Below are positions 25,591 to 38,348 of a DNA stretch of 64,000 nucleotides, piece by piece. The DNA comes from Mytilus trossulus. Lineage: Eukaryota. Each line of letters begins with the position of its first letter. The stretch's first letter is position 1. The translations under genes were made by a program, and so were the position numbers. Under the pieces are notes generated by a model, which worked only from the letters and a program-made list of their open reading frames with translations, ran no database searches and was not told where the DNA came from. The stretch covers positions 44,330,001-44,394,000 of the forward strand of contig NC_086384.1 in assembly GCF_036588685.1 (NCBI RefSeq), read 5' to 3'.

Positions 25591-28500
25591 TATGATATAG
25601 CAGAAAGGTTGAAAAAAAGGTGTACAAAGGTACCAGGATACTTACTATATCAAGATCACCAAACGATAAAGATAAAATATAATGCACAAGAGCTGTCGTT
25701 TTTAAGTAGTTCAAAAACATTTTTTGTCATCCAACCCATGATATGACGTTGTGGCATAGAGTTGCTAACACATATCCAGTTATAGTCGAAGGGGAATTTA
25801 TTCTAATCCATAGCCACACTATTACATTGATTAACGCCACCTCAAGAGTAAAAAATGAAGATGCTAAAACAAATGGGGTCATCTTTTATCAATATGCAGA
25901 CGACCTGAATGATTAAAATTGTGCGTCTGTGAAAAAAAAGCAGTGCCAAGAACTGTCAATGAAACAAAATTGATCATACACATATAAAAAACTTTCTCAT
26001 AGAAGTATAGATGTAGACAGTGATGACGTAATGAGAATGTGTATATTTGCACGTGATATACATCAAATAAAGAAGATTGTACGCTGGTAAAAAGTATTTC
26101 AGCGTAAAGCTTCGGGATTAAACAAACCACGGGTTAACCGTTTCCTGAAAAATAGCAACTATTTTTTGGTCCTGTGTTTTGTAATAGGGAAAATTGTTGT
26201 GTGCGAAATTAGTTATTTTTCAGTGATATATACAAGTATCTATTTTATGAATATTTGACTAGTTTTGATTTTGAATATATAAGACATCATAAGCTTGATT
26301 TACTGGTGTATCATCCCATATGCGTTTGTAAGCAAATAAAATAAAAAATAAAAACTGTTGTTGCAGCCATAAAATGTACATATAAACGAAGAATGTAGTT
26401 AAGCAATGTTTTAAAACCAAAGCGTAGGTGTTAATAATCCGATTTTTTTAAAGTTGTGATTAGGCCTGGAATGTTTGAATAATTCTATATTGGTTATTAA
26501 TATGGGGACGATACTTGTCCCTATTACAGTAGAAAATTCAATATTTTTTTTTTTTAAATCGGCAAAATTTCCTGAATTTTATATTGTACTCATGAACTCA
26601 AAATCGTTGAAAAAAAATTTTGTCGCGCTTTTGAATTTCCGGATCTGCGCAGAAATCTACTTCCGTTTCCGGTCTTGTTTGCATGAGACTTTGAATAAAA
26701 TGTATATTTATCAGTCTAAGAAAGAAACTCAATACCAAATCATTTTTAATAATTGTTTGAATTGAAAAAAAACAAAGTTACCTGATGAAAGCGTTTCTTT
26801 GTTTTCATTGAATGTGACGTCATAACGACATAAACATCACAACTAAATCCCTAACAACAGAACCAACATTGGAAACGTAACGGTATTTCCGTTTCTTTTA
26901 TTAACGTGTTTGAATTAAAAAAAAATGCATACAGACTTCGTTCCCATTTACAGGTTCTAGTAATGACTGCCTCATATTAAGTCATATTACTTAGTAGAAA
27001 AAATGATACAGCTAAGAGCATAACCAATAAATAGGAGTCCCTTTTGTAGATTTTTCAACGAAATCAGACGGAGGTGATCTTCTGTCATAAAAAGGGCAGA
27101 AGAAAAGTTAAACCTTCGTCATGACAGACGCGATAACCAACAATTGCGTTGCATGTTGTATTTGGAATGCATCTTAATATATATTTTTTTATCACAAAAT
27201 AAATTACATGAAGTTTTTAAGAACAATTGATTTGTCATTCAAAGATAGAAATGTTTTTTATTGTACGAAGACATTTTTTTTTTTTATAAGTTTCTAAGCA
27301 ATGTGGTTTTCATTAGGATACTACTCCACACAACCAACTTCACATGTTTGGTAGTGTTATTGAAGACTCTTCCCAGATTTCCATCTACTTCTAGGACTTG
27401 GCCAATTTAATAGTTCATAAACATACAACACAAATAAGGAGAACTAGCGTTATATAGGATGAACACAGCATTAAACACAAATTTATGTAAATCTGCAACA
27501 AATCTGAGTTCGCAAGTGTATACAGAATCGACAAAGATAAAATCCTTTCAAATTGGTCAACATTGGGAAATAAATCGATGAAAAACGAACACTCTATCAA
27601 TTCACATATAAACAAAAATGTAGACACTGATAAAAAAATAGGTAAAGCATTCTATCCAAAAAAAAAACCAGAAGGATATAATCAAATTGTGTATTCGAAG
27701 CTGCGGTATTCTTTGTCAAATATATAACAACGTTTGACTGAGTTGTTCAAATAAACGAGGTTGTGGTTTGATGTGTTTGACCTGTGAATCAGATTAGTAT
27801 CAAGATATCATAGATGGTACAAATCTGGCGATTTTTAGGGACTAGACAACACATGGATGTTGTTTGGAGTTAGGAAATCCATGGTTGCTTTTGCTTTTAG
27901 AGGCGGATATTGTCTTGAAGAAAAAAAAATCGTTTTTATACTTAAATTTTTGACGGATTAATATCATTGTTTAATCTCAGTAAACCTGTGACACCAGGTT
28001 CCATGCGAAGGAATGGTGCACAAAGAATGTTATGGACTTTAAAAATGTGTGAGCGTTCATCCATCCTCCAACCTGGGACACTGGTAATCAAACAATATAA
28101 AAACAAACCATAAACAAATTTGATTGGAAATGATATATATCAAAAGATTGGTACGAAGCAAACGAGAAATCAATATAAAAAGACACAAAGCATTATTGTT
28201 TAACACCTCCCATGAGCTCAGTATAGATTATTATACACACCCTTTTTAAAATGAACATAGAGCTTGACATAAAGGAAGTATTCCTTAATTTCTGAACTAT
28301 TGAAATAAGTTAAAAAAAAACACATCATATTAAGGAAACAGGTATCTTGTATTCTAAATTATTAAAATTATCAAAATATAAGACTTTAGGTTAAATATGC
28401 CAGACACGCCTGGTGTTAGTTAGGTCATCTAAGCCTACAGTAAAACAAATAACTTTAACATTTCGAATAAAATGAAGTTTTATAAACAGTAAGTTTAATA

Positions 28501-29366
28501 AAAAGTAAAATCACAAAAATACTAAACTCCAAGGAAAATTCCAAAAGAAAAGTCCTTAATCAAATGGCAACATCAAAAAGCTTAAACACAACTTTTTCAT
28601 AAAATGATGTATCAATTATATTTCATGTAATGGCTGGCGATATGTCATCGATCCACTGATAAATACTAACCTGTACCTCTTCCTCTACCCAATGTACCGC
28701 AAGCATAATATTAAAAGTCTGTTTTATAAATATGCAGACCAAAAACATATTCAAACGATAAAAGTACTATGGAATTATTTACAGTTGCATGCAGAAGTTA
28801 TTTTCAGTTCTTTTCATCAAACTAGAAAAAAAAAGGTTTTAACGATTGTTATATAATTTTCGAATACAAAAATCAGTGATATTAAAATCAAATTATATAT
28901 TTTCCTTTTGTTCAAGTCTAGAATAGAAATAAACACATGTTGTCATCAAAGACTTGTTAAAAGTCTAAGCTAAAACTAGAAGAATTAAGAAGAGAGAAAA
29001 AAATGACTTTTCCTAAAGCTGTCATTTCGGAGGGTCTAGAACGGGTTTACAGATTAGAGAATAAAGTACAAAAAGTGCAGATTATTCGGTAAAAAATGAT
29101 AATAATAATAAAGCAATACAGGCAAGAAAAATGAAAATTAAATATCATGGGACTTTTAATTTAGAAGACAAGGAAACAAGAGAAAAAATATATAAAGAAG
29201 AGATAATGATTTGAAAATGAAAGAATAAAGGAATGAAGGAATCCCCCATGAAGACCCTTGTGCCATTTTGTTGGATGTTTGTCTTGTTCAGTGTTCGCCA
29301 CGTCCATAAACTCACGAGCTATTTTTATATATTTAGTGAAATTCATCATTATTTTTATTTGTTTTA

Positions 29367-29376
29367 CATATATAAG
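29367..29376 (+). promoter_or_regulatory. Candidate TATA box of the yellow gene
   Basis: CATATATAAG about 40 bp upstream of the exon 1 ATG. Motif match only, in AT-rich DNA. Confidence 0.35.
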
Positions 29377-29412
29377 AAGTTAGAGTTGCACTAACAAGAC
29401 GTGTTGTTTTAC

Positions 29413-31103
29413 ATGTCTAAGATGATGACCGAACACATTGTACTATCCGTCTTTGGTTTCTGTGTTATAATAGCCATTGCACATGCAAACAGATACAGTA
29501 AGTATTAAAACAATATTTAAAGGATTTTTTTTCATTGTCAAATTATTCAAAATATCTAATTACTGATTGGCAAAAAGTGCAAAGAAATGAAAATGAATAA
29601 GGAAAAGGGTCAAATTGGAAAAACATAAAAATAAGATCCCCTTCTTCTGAACTTAGGTGCAAAGTAATATTAATCCCAGCTCTTTATTTATATGATATAA
29701 ATTGATAAGGTGCTGAAATATAAAGAATATAGAATAATGGTGAAAATAGATTAAGAATATAGGAAATATCTTCTGATTAAAACAATAACATCATTTTACA
29801 TGTGCATGAATTCAAATTGTTATCATTGCAGAAGGTAAGTGCTTGCAATCAGCCTAATTGCATGCAGTTAATGCATTTACAATGATTATTTTGTTTTAGC
29901 TCTTTAATGAATTGTTGTTTATTTTATTTTTCAGCACAGAACATTGATGGCAAAACAACAATTATACATGAATGGGTGACACTTGAGTATGATTTTCCTT
30001 CGCCAATGAAAAGATCGTTAATAGACCAGAAGTTGCTCATTTCTGAAAACCTCGCGCTTGTTAATATGGATGTGATAAGAGGACGCATCTTTACAACTAT
30101 AGGTAGGACGTCTAAGCCTGGAATTCCAGCAACTCTGACCACAGTTATTAAAAGAAACGGAAAATCCCTGTTAAAACCATTCCCTAGCCTAAGATTGAAT
30201 AGAGCTGGAGATTGCAATAGCATTCAAAGTGCCCAAAGCATTAAGATAGATCCAAATACGAATTATAAATGGGTACTGGACGAAGGCAAAGTAAATAACA
30301 TAAGATTCTGTCGTAGAAAACTTGTAGTATATTGCATAAAAACGGGAAAAGAAGTGTTCCGGTATATATTTCCAGACTCGGTTTTGTCTGAATCATCAAT
30401 GCTGTTTGATTTGACTTTGGATAGAGATCAAGGTATAACTAGGTATGTCTATGTTGCCGATTCTATAGCTAATAAGCTTATTGTTGTTGATGCAGTTACA
30501 AACGCATCTTGGTTGTTTTCACATCCGTCAATGGTAGGCGAAGCTAGTGCGGGTAATATAACTGTAAATGGAGAAACGATCTTCAGTAGGGGAGGTATAA
30601 ATGGTATTTCAACCACATCAGTTTTCAAATTTGTTTACTATTTCTGTGTTGCTAGTTTCAAAACGTGGCAAATACCTACAAGTATACTACGAAACCCTTC
30701 CGCTGACAGTATCGCATTTGATGAAAACGTTAGAATGATTGGTATTCGTCAACACCATGCTGTTAGTCTGACTTCCGGAACAAGAAGCTTCTTTTTTCCT
30801 GCTCTGGAAATCAATGATATATCAACATGGGATCGCAAACAAGACATTCTTATAGACGGGAGTGAAGAAAAAGTAAACCTTCGGTCAATACAGAGACTAT
30901 CACCAACCACTGCCTTGAATTTTGCAGATGGAATGCATGTAGATAACGGATATCTATATTTTGTTACAAATAAATTCCACAAAGTCCGCTTAGAAAATTT
31001 GGATTTTTCTGGCGATGATGGGCCAAATTTTACCATAGGAAAAATATTTGTTGGAGAAGAAAGCTACTTGCTAGGTACACGTCCGAAATCATACAAGAAA
31101 TAA
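29413..31103 (+). CDS. Secreted yellow/major royal jelly protein (MRJP) family protein, about 417 aa, two coding exons: 29413-29497 and 29935-31103
   Basis: Exon 2 carries yellow-family motifs: HEWVTLEYDFP, GIPATL, LKPFPS..N..GDC..IQS, WVLDEG, C..KLVV, YVADS...LIVVD, SW..SHPSM. Exon 1 (MSKMMTEHIVLSVFGFCVIIAIAHANRY) is a hydrophobic signal peptide ending at a donor A|GTAAGT (29497/8). The acceptor ttttttcAG|CA at 29934/5 joins in matching phase 1. The ORF-track start at 29907 is intronic. Confidence 0.88.
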
Positions 31104-31840
31104 AATTAAATCGATTAACAAAGTTATTGTTTCACTTATTACATATACATTACGTGTACGATATAACATAATACATAAATTTGGCCGTGTATTTACTGCC
31201 TTCTGATTGGTTAAAAGTATTATTTCAGTGTCATTTTTTATGGCGACACGTTGTATATTAGCATACGCCAAAATGTGTGTACGTTTTTATTATTAATATA
31301 AATAATGTTAAAAGGTTTTTGTGCCTTAGTTTTGATAGACATTTATTTATAATGAATGGCAATAATTTATTTTCAGTTTATTGAACCATAAATTATTCAA
31401 TGTGAAGACTCAAAAATTTATTTTAATGTTCGATAAATTCAAAATAATAATAGCCATTCATTTGATAAATTTTTAACTAAATACGGGTCAAGGTTAATAA
31501 GAATCCCACACAGTAATGCACATATATGCAATAGATTAAAAACTGGAAAGTATTTCAAATCCCTAGTTTAAACCCAAAGATAGTAAACTAATTACACTGG
31601 ATATGAATGCAGGGAGATGTGGGAATACGTCAATGAGACACCAACACGACGAAAGAAAAATGACTCATGTAGGAAGATCTGGAGAGGGCGGCTTCATTTC
31701 TATATTCTTTAATTTTTATACCATTTCTCTCTATTCTTATGTTTTTCAATTGAACACTATTCTGACTGTTTAAGCCCCCATTATTATATATTCATTATTT
31801 TTGTGTATTTTGTGTATTCTTTTTCTTTCTATATTGTGCA

Positions 31841-32263
31841 CAATCTAATTAAAAAACCTATCTCTCATCGCTCCCGTTTTCTGATATAAAAATCACAATC
31901 TCTCATCGCTCCCGTTTTCTGATATGTCGCGTGGGAGATCTAACGAAACCCGCTTTGATGTCACATGTCAGTGAACTAGAAGTTGTGAATTTATAACGAT
32001 ATGCACATGAGTTGACGACCTATTTATAAGCCAATCAAAAAAGTTTATGAATTAATTTGACTGACGATTTCGTCGTAAATAAAATGAGTTACATCCCTTG
32101 ACCTTACAATAAACTTTCATGATCGTGAAGACTCAATTTCATTGATCTAAAAAGACACACCTACGAGGTCACTCACATGCGACATCAAAGCGGGTTTCGT
32201 TAGATCTCCCACGTGACATATAAAAAAACTGGAGCGATGAGAGATCGGTTTTTAATTAGATTG
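31841..32263. mobile_element. MITE with about 100-bp TIRs
   Basis: CAATCTAATTAAAAA...gtgggagatctaacgaaacccgctttgatgtc is mirrored at 32170-32263. Flanks are CA and TA. Confidence 0.8.
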
Positions 32264-32990
32264 TATTCTGCACTTTTTCTCTTTTCTGTAAACCTATTTA
32301 AGACCCTAATACAGGTAGGGCAACATGAAATTGAATGCATAAAAAAATCAGTCTTTAAAACACAATTCTCTAAATAACAGAAAACTTCATGATATTACAT
32401 TCAATACAGACAATAAAACCCCACTTGTCTCATATTTTACTGTATAATATGTTATAACACTGAAAAAAAGGCAACAAAACATAAAATACGTAACTAAATA
32501 AATTTTTTGAAAGAAATTCAATGGTTAGAGTTACTGAAAGCAGAATCAAAGTTCTGCTGTCTGCTAGGGAAAATCATGCGTGTTTGATGTTTATGTCATT
32601 TTAACCCATATCAAAGAATGACAAGACCACATAAAAGAATGACAAAACCACACTAAAGAATGAAACATACATATCATGTAGTGTAAAATTGTCAAATTTT
32701 GAAACATCATTACGTAAGTTCAAGTAAATATAGGTCAAAATCATAACAGCACATTATTTTTGGTATTTTATGGTTTTTTTAAGATGAAGACTTAGTAGAT
32801 TACATCCCAGCTCCTTTGTTCTACCAGTGGTGATCTGAGCCGGAGCATCCCTACCGGATCACGCCAGCTTGAGTATCTTTGTTTTGCATGCTTTCCTTTG
32901 TTCTGTGAAATTTTGGCGGGAATATCAAATCCACAATAAAACTTTTAATTAATTGCAAAGAGAAGACTATCTATTTAAATTTACGTAGAA

Positions 32991-33072
32991 AAAATTCAGT
33001 GTGTATGCTGGGATTCGAACTCAAGACCTTCAGCACACCAACCAACGACACATACCACTACACCAGGAAGAC
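32991..33072 (-). repeat. tRNA-derived Pol III head (SINE head or tRNA pseudogene)
   Basis: Minus strand has TGGTGTAGTGG (A box), GAGTTCGAATCC (B box) and a T-run. Acceptor and anticodon stems do not pair well. Confidence 0.6.
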
Positions 33073-33904
33073 TGGACAACAATTTCAGTAATTTAACACA
33101 CTTAAAGGAAGCAACATAGTTTTGATAGGTGGGGCGAGATGGCAGACCATTATTCAGTTGGGTTATATCCTTTTTCGTAAATAAGTGAGTTGTCTGACTT
33201 GTTGATCTAGTGTGGGCCGATTGGCAAGTGGGGCGAGTTGACATTATTTCATATAAATTAATCATCGTGTTTTGGGGTCTTAAAGGGTATACATTTTATA
33301 GTAATATATTAAGTATATTATAATGGTTGTGTGGCGTTCTAAACTAAATTTTATGAATTGTAAATGTTTTTTCGTCTAAGCAAAACCAGCTGGAATGTAA
33401 AATAGTTATCCCATTAGGACTTGGTGTGTCAGTGTTAGATCACCCTCTGGCCTCATTGTCTATGTCTTTTTTAACAAAAAAATCTTACAATAAAAATAAT
33501 AATATTAGTATTGATGAAGGTATACTGAAATGTGAATGAGTAATGACTATTTTTTTTACTCTTAAGACTTTTTGTAAAATCTTTTTTTTTTCAAGTCAAA
33601 TGAACTATTATAATATTGCACTATGAAATACTTTCAGCATCATTCAACAACATAAATAAACAAATCTACTGAGAAATTGTTAATAGATATAGGAAGATGT
33701 GGTGTGAGTGCCAATGAGACAACTCTCCATCCAAATAACAATTAAAAAAGGTAAACCATTATAGGTCAATGTACGGCCTTCAACACGGAGCTATGGCTCA
33801 CACCGAACAACACCGAAATCCATTTCAAGTTATTTATTCAAATAGTACTATTAAATTGTTTTTAATTTTGATTATGTGATCATTTAGTCGGATTGCTGTC
33901 TCAA

Positions 33905-35730
33905 CAACATATGAATATCCAAAGACAAACATGGATGCACAAACCGTAGCCAAAATTCTTGTCGAGGAAGTAATTGCTCGATTCGGTTCACCATATTCAA
34001 TACACTCTGATGAAGGAGTGCAATTTAAAAGTGTCCATTTTCAAGAGCTCTGTAAGCTCTTACAAATCAATAAAACACGAACCACTCCCTTCCATCTAAA
34101 ATCGGACGGAATGGTTGAAGATTTAACAAAACGTGATTTACTATGCTCAACTTATATGTTAACAAATACCAAAATGATTGGGACGAACATTTTCATTATG
34201 TTCTCAAGGCGTACAGATCTTCAGAACAGGAGACTACAGGCAATACCCCAAATTATCTAATGTCAGTTAGGTTGGAGACAACGCCTTTAGATATTCAGTA
34301 TACAATGCTAAGAAATATTGCAACTATTACCCAGAACAAATGGGCGTGGGAGATAAAAGAGAGAATGGAAGAGGCACATTCGGAAGTAAGAGAAAAATAG
34401 CAAAGGGAATATGATGAGACAAAAGAAATATCATGATCAAAGTTATCATGGCAAACCTTTAAACAAGGGGATCAAGTTTTTGTGTTTTTTACAAAAGTAA
34501 CAAGAGTGCACACGCTGAAATGTCTCGCCTTCTTTACTAATCATTGATAGTATGTTGATAGACCTAAATATAAAGCTTTATTACATCTGTCACATAAACT
34601 CAAAATAAACCAAGAAAACAAAACATTGATCAATGAACCATGAAAATGAGGTCAAGGTCAGATGAACCATGCCAGGCAGACATGTACAGCTAACAATTCT
34701 TCAATACAAAATATAGTTGTCTTATTGCTTATAAATTAAGAAAAACAGACCAAAACACAAACACTTAACACTAAGCAATGGACCATGAAAATGAGGTCAA
34801 GGTCAAATAAAACCTGCGTAACAGACATATAGATCATAAAATATTTCCATACACCAAATAAAGTTGACCTAATGTATAAAGTATTTGAAAAATAGACCAA
34901 ACTCAAAAACTTAACTTTGACCACTAAACCATGAAAATGAGGTCAAGGTCAGATGACACCTGTCAGTTAGATATGTACACTTTACAATCATTCCATACAC
35001 CAAATATAGAAGACCTATTGCAAAAAATATAAGAAAAACAGACTAAAACACAAAAACTTAACTATAACCACTGAACCAAGAAAATGGGGTCAAGGTCAAA
35101 TGACACCTGCCAGTTGGACATGTACACCTTACAGTCCTTCCATACACCGAATATACTAGCCCTATTGTTTATAGTATCTGAGATATGGACTTGACCACCA
35201 AAACTTAACCTTGTTCACTGATCTATGAAATGAGGTCGAGGTCAAGTGAAAATCGTCTGACGGGCATGAGGACCTTGCAAGGTATGCACATACCAAATAT
35301 AGTTATCCAATCACTTATAATAAGAGAGAAATTAACATTACAAACATCTTAACTTTTTTCAAGTAGTCACTGAACCATGAAAATGAGATCAAGGACATTT
35401 GACATGTGACTGACGGAAAGTTCGTAACATGAGGCATCTATATACAAAGTATGAAGCATACAGGTCTTCTAACTTCTAAAATATAAAGCTTTTAAGAAGT
35501 TAACTAACGCCGCCGCCGTAGCCGCCATAGCCGGGTCACTATCCCTATGTCGAGCTTTCTGCAACAAAAGTTGTAGGCTCGACAAAAACTGGCACAACGT
35601 CAAAATTAACCAGTTAATAGAGAGGACAGTTTAAGGTTAATCAAAAATGTGAGATGTCACATGTATACGAGGTTAATTGTGGGCGACAAAAACGTCCACA
35701 AGTTAAACATGTGGATCGCATACGTAGCGA
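33905..35730 (+). mobile_element. Decayed Ty3/Gypsy integrase region, interrupted by a HINE-like element
   Basis: AQTVAKILVEEVIARFGSP..IHSDEG..F, RTTPFH..SDGMVE, DWDEH...VL.AYR, and after the insertion SKLTS..RGQFKV...VKHVDRIR (GPY/F region). Multiple frameshifts. Confidence 0.85.
34499..35588 (-). mobile_element. Helentron-associated element with six ~147-bp tandem units
   Basis: aacaagagtg... left end, units accatgaaaatgaggtcaaggtc at about 34636, 34781, 34927, 35074, 35221 and 35373, (GCC)n microsatellite, gtcgagc...gctcgacaaaaa terminal hairpin. Inserted in an A-run of the integrase with no clear TSD. Confidence 0.75.
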
Positions 35731-36828
35731 TCAGTACAGGTGTTAACGGGTGAAAATCATGAAGACATTCCGGTTATAGAAACGTAGGACTAGAAAATTT
35801 ACCGTTTGAAACTTATGATAATCTATATGACATAGGAGACAATATTGATTAAATATCGAACAAAGATACAATGAGTAGAAAGTTAAGTAAACCCGAAGAG
35901 TTTTCAAATCCTGTACCAAGTTCGGTCTCACGGAGGCTAAGAAGGAAGCCACAATGGATGAACGATTATGTGAAATAGTAGACAAGCTAGTAGACCTTTC
36001 AGAGTGAAAGAGGGAACATAGCTAGATGTTTTAGTATAATGTATATTGCTGTAGATATGTTATAGTATAAGTTTATATATATAGTTTTAAATTAAGTGTA
36101 GCATAACTTTTATCCTATTGTTTTATTTTTTCAGACAAGGGAGAAGAAAAAAAACGAAATATGCCAAAAATAAAAACTACACCTATAGGAGCCAACATCA
36201 AAAGTGTCCGTGGTGTCCTTATAAATGTATTTTATAATTTCGTTTGAAATAGGGTTTTTCCCGTTTGCTATTTGTAGTTAATATTTACAGATGGGAACTA
36301 GTATAACTAGTTCGGATACTGGTTTTGTAACAGTATGTACTATTTATAAATTTGATGTTAGGTGCAGGAGGCACGAGGAAAGTTTTGGCGGTTTTTATGG
36401 GTGGTGTTTAAAGGTACTATATAAAGTTTGGGATTTAAATGTATTAGTATCGAAGGTGCTCGCAGTTACGTCGGATTGAAGTTGGTCACATAGGTATATG
36501 TGCAGTTGCTGCTATGTTTATTGTACGTACAGGCGTTGGAGGCATTAGCCGATGGGGAAAGAAACGATGCGAAAGAGGAACAATGTTATATGTCATGTGT
36601 TTATATAATGTTTCGATTGAAGAAATATGTACAATTCAGTAAAATAAAATATCGTATCGCAAGAGAAAATAAGATGTTACCGCGAGCAACTAATCCTGTA
36701 TCTGTGTTTGTCTTGTTTATAGCCTATTGAATTAGAGATTAAATACTTTAAATTCGGACGAGCAGGGCGAGGGAGAATTTAAAACACTGGATACAGATTA
36801 CCTATAGGAGCATTTAGTAGAATGTGGT

Positions 36829-37510
36829 ATGAGTGTCGTTAATAAACGTTATTCATGCACAGAAATGGGGTGTTCATATATAAGCAACAAAGTGAGTAAT
36901 GTTAAAAGACAGAAGAAAGTACATGTCAAAGATGAACCAATAAGTAAAGTTATAATACCTGACATAGACTTGTCGTCAGACACAGATAAATGCCTCAGGA
37001 AAGATCCGGTACAGATTATTGGTCCCATTAGTACAGAGGAAGAAACAAATTCCGATGAAAATAACAATGAAGATGAGACCATTAAGATTGATAATATTAT
37101 TTAAGCAACTCAGAAAGTTAAGGAAGATATCAAGCATGATAAAGTAGATCAGTTAATAGAAGGAATTAAACAGGCTGCATGTCAGTGTAGCTGTACAAGA
37201 AAAACAATAAGGAAGTAAAGTCTTCTCCTATAGTTAGGAAGAATGTAAAAATTGGTAGAATGGTAAGAAAGCCAATCATTATTGCAACAAAGAAGAGGCC
37301 TTTTCATGCTATTACATCTACCTAAACACATGATCTGAGTCCTAAGGATTTAAGACATATTATCATACCAAGAGCCCCTACAAAAGTGATTAGCGATATT
37401 AGAAAAAGAGTAGAGACTGGAACACAGGAATCTGCGTTAACAACTGTCAAAAGAACAGTAACCACTGCACTACATACGAAGAAAGTGCAAGACATGTTGA
37501 AATAATTGAG
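36829..37510 (+). pseudogene. Decayed accessory ORF of the Gypsy element (C2H2-like finger plus acidic tract)
   Basis: YSCTEMGCSY.SNK.SNVKR.KKVH followed by an acidic stretch, downstream of pol. Broken by stops. Confidence 0.4.
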
Positions 37511-38348
37511 GTAGTTTAACAGATCCTATAAGCGACCAAGACACTGGTATCCTCAAATCTTAATTGAAGTAATGAATGCTTAAATGATAAAGAGTTGTGA
37601 TAATCTTAAAATTGAAATTTCTAGACAGTTTTAGATATGTGTATAATATATACCAAAATGATTCAAATAACGGGAATCTGAAATGACCCGGTTGTGTTGA
37701 ATAAATAGGATAAAATAACGGAGTTTGCAGATAATATTGTATAAGGAAGGACTTTATCATTTTGATACTTTTGGAAAATGAATAAATATATCAAAATATA
37801 TATTAACTTTATTTTATAAATATGTATGTGTCCGGTCGGATTGGGAACGTTCACTCCAAGGCTGGTGTACATTAAATGTCACAAGTTGTGCACCTTAAAG
37901 ACCCTTTTGTAGCAGCAATGTCTGTAGGCAAAATCATTTCAAATCGGTTATTTGGTTAGATCAGTACTTCGTGTGGTAAATAAAATTATTGTGTCTTTGT
38001 ATCATCATTTGATCATTATCCCTAAGTTTGTCGGGCAATACATGTGTCGCTATCTTGTTAAAGTAGGAAAATGTAATTCTGCGAGTTCAGTAGGTAATTC
38101 CTGTTATAGGAATGATTCTGTCTTTGAAAGAGTAAATTTTCCAACTAACAAACAAATGCGAGGACACATTTCTCGGAGGCGTGGTTAATGTGACGAATGG
38201 CTTTTGAAGGACTATGCATTAAAAAGGGAGAATTCAAGAGTTACTGTACCCTTTCGTATTTGAACTCAAAGCAGATAAACATTGGAATTAAAAGGATCAG
38301 TAACAATTTCCTTATCTGATTTAATACTATCCTTGAACTTCATTATAT

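Larger units (their letters stand above)
24046..26216 (+). pseudogene. Decayed partial TRIM paralog (end of coiled coil through beta-propeller)
   Basis: Colinear with about 18340-19445 (for example caaatcgaagaaaga, GDAFFKSMS, LNGLFM, aaaaatagcaac...gtgtgcgaaat). It has many stops and frameshifts, no RING/B-box part, an internal minisatellite and a MITE insertion. Confidence 0.85.

Noticed and set aside
29413-31103. Recent horizontal transfer or bacterial contamination of the yellow gene
   Set aside because: It has a spliceosomal intron, host-like AT content, a local paralogue and host repeats on both sides; an ancient transfer cannot be judged without phylogeny.
32991-33072. Functional tRNA gene
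   Set aside because: A and B boxes are present but there is no convincing cloverleaf.
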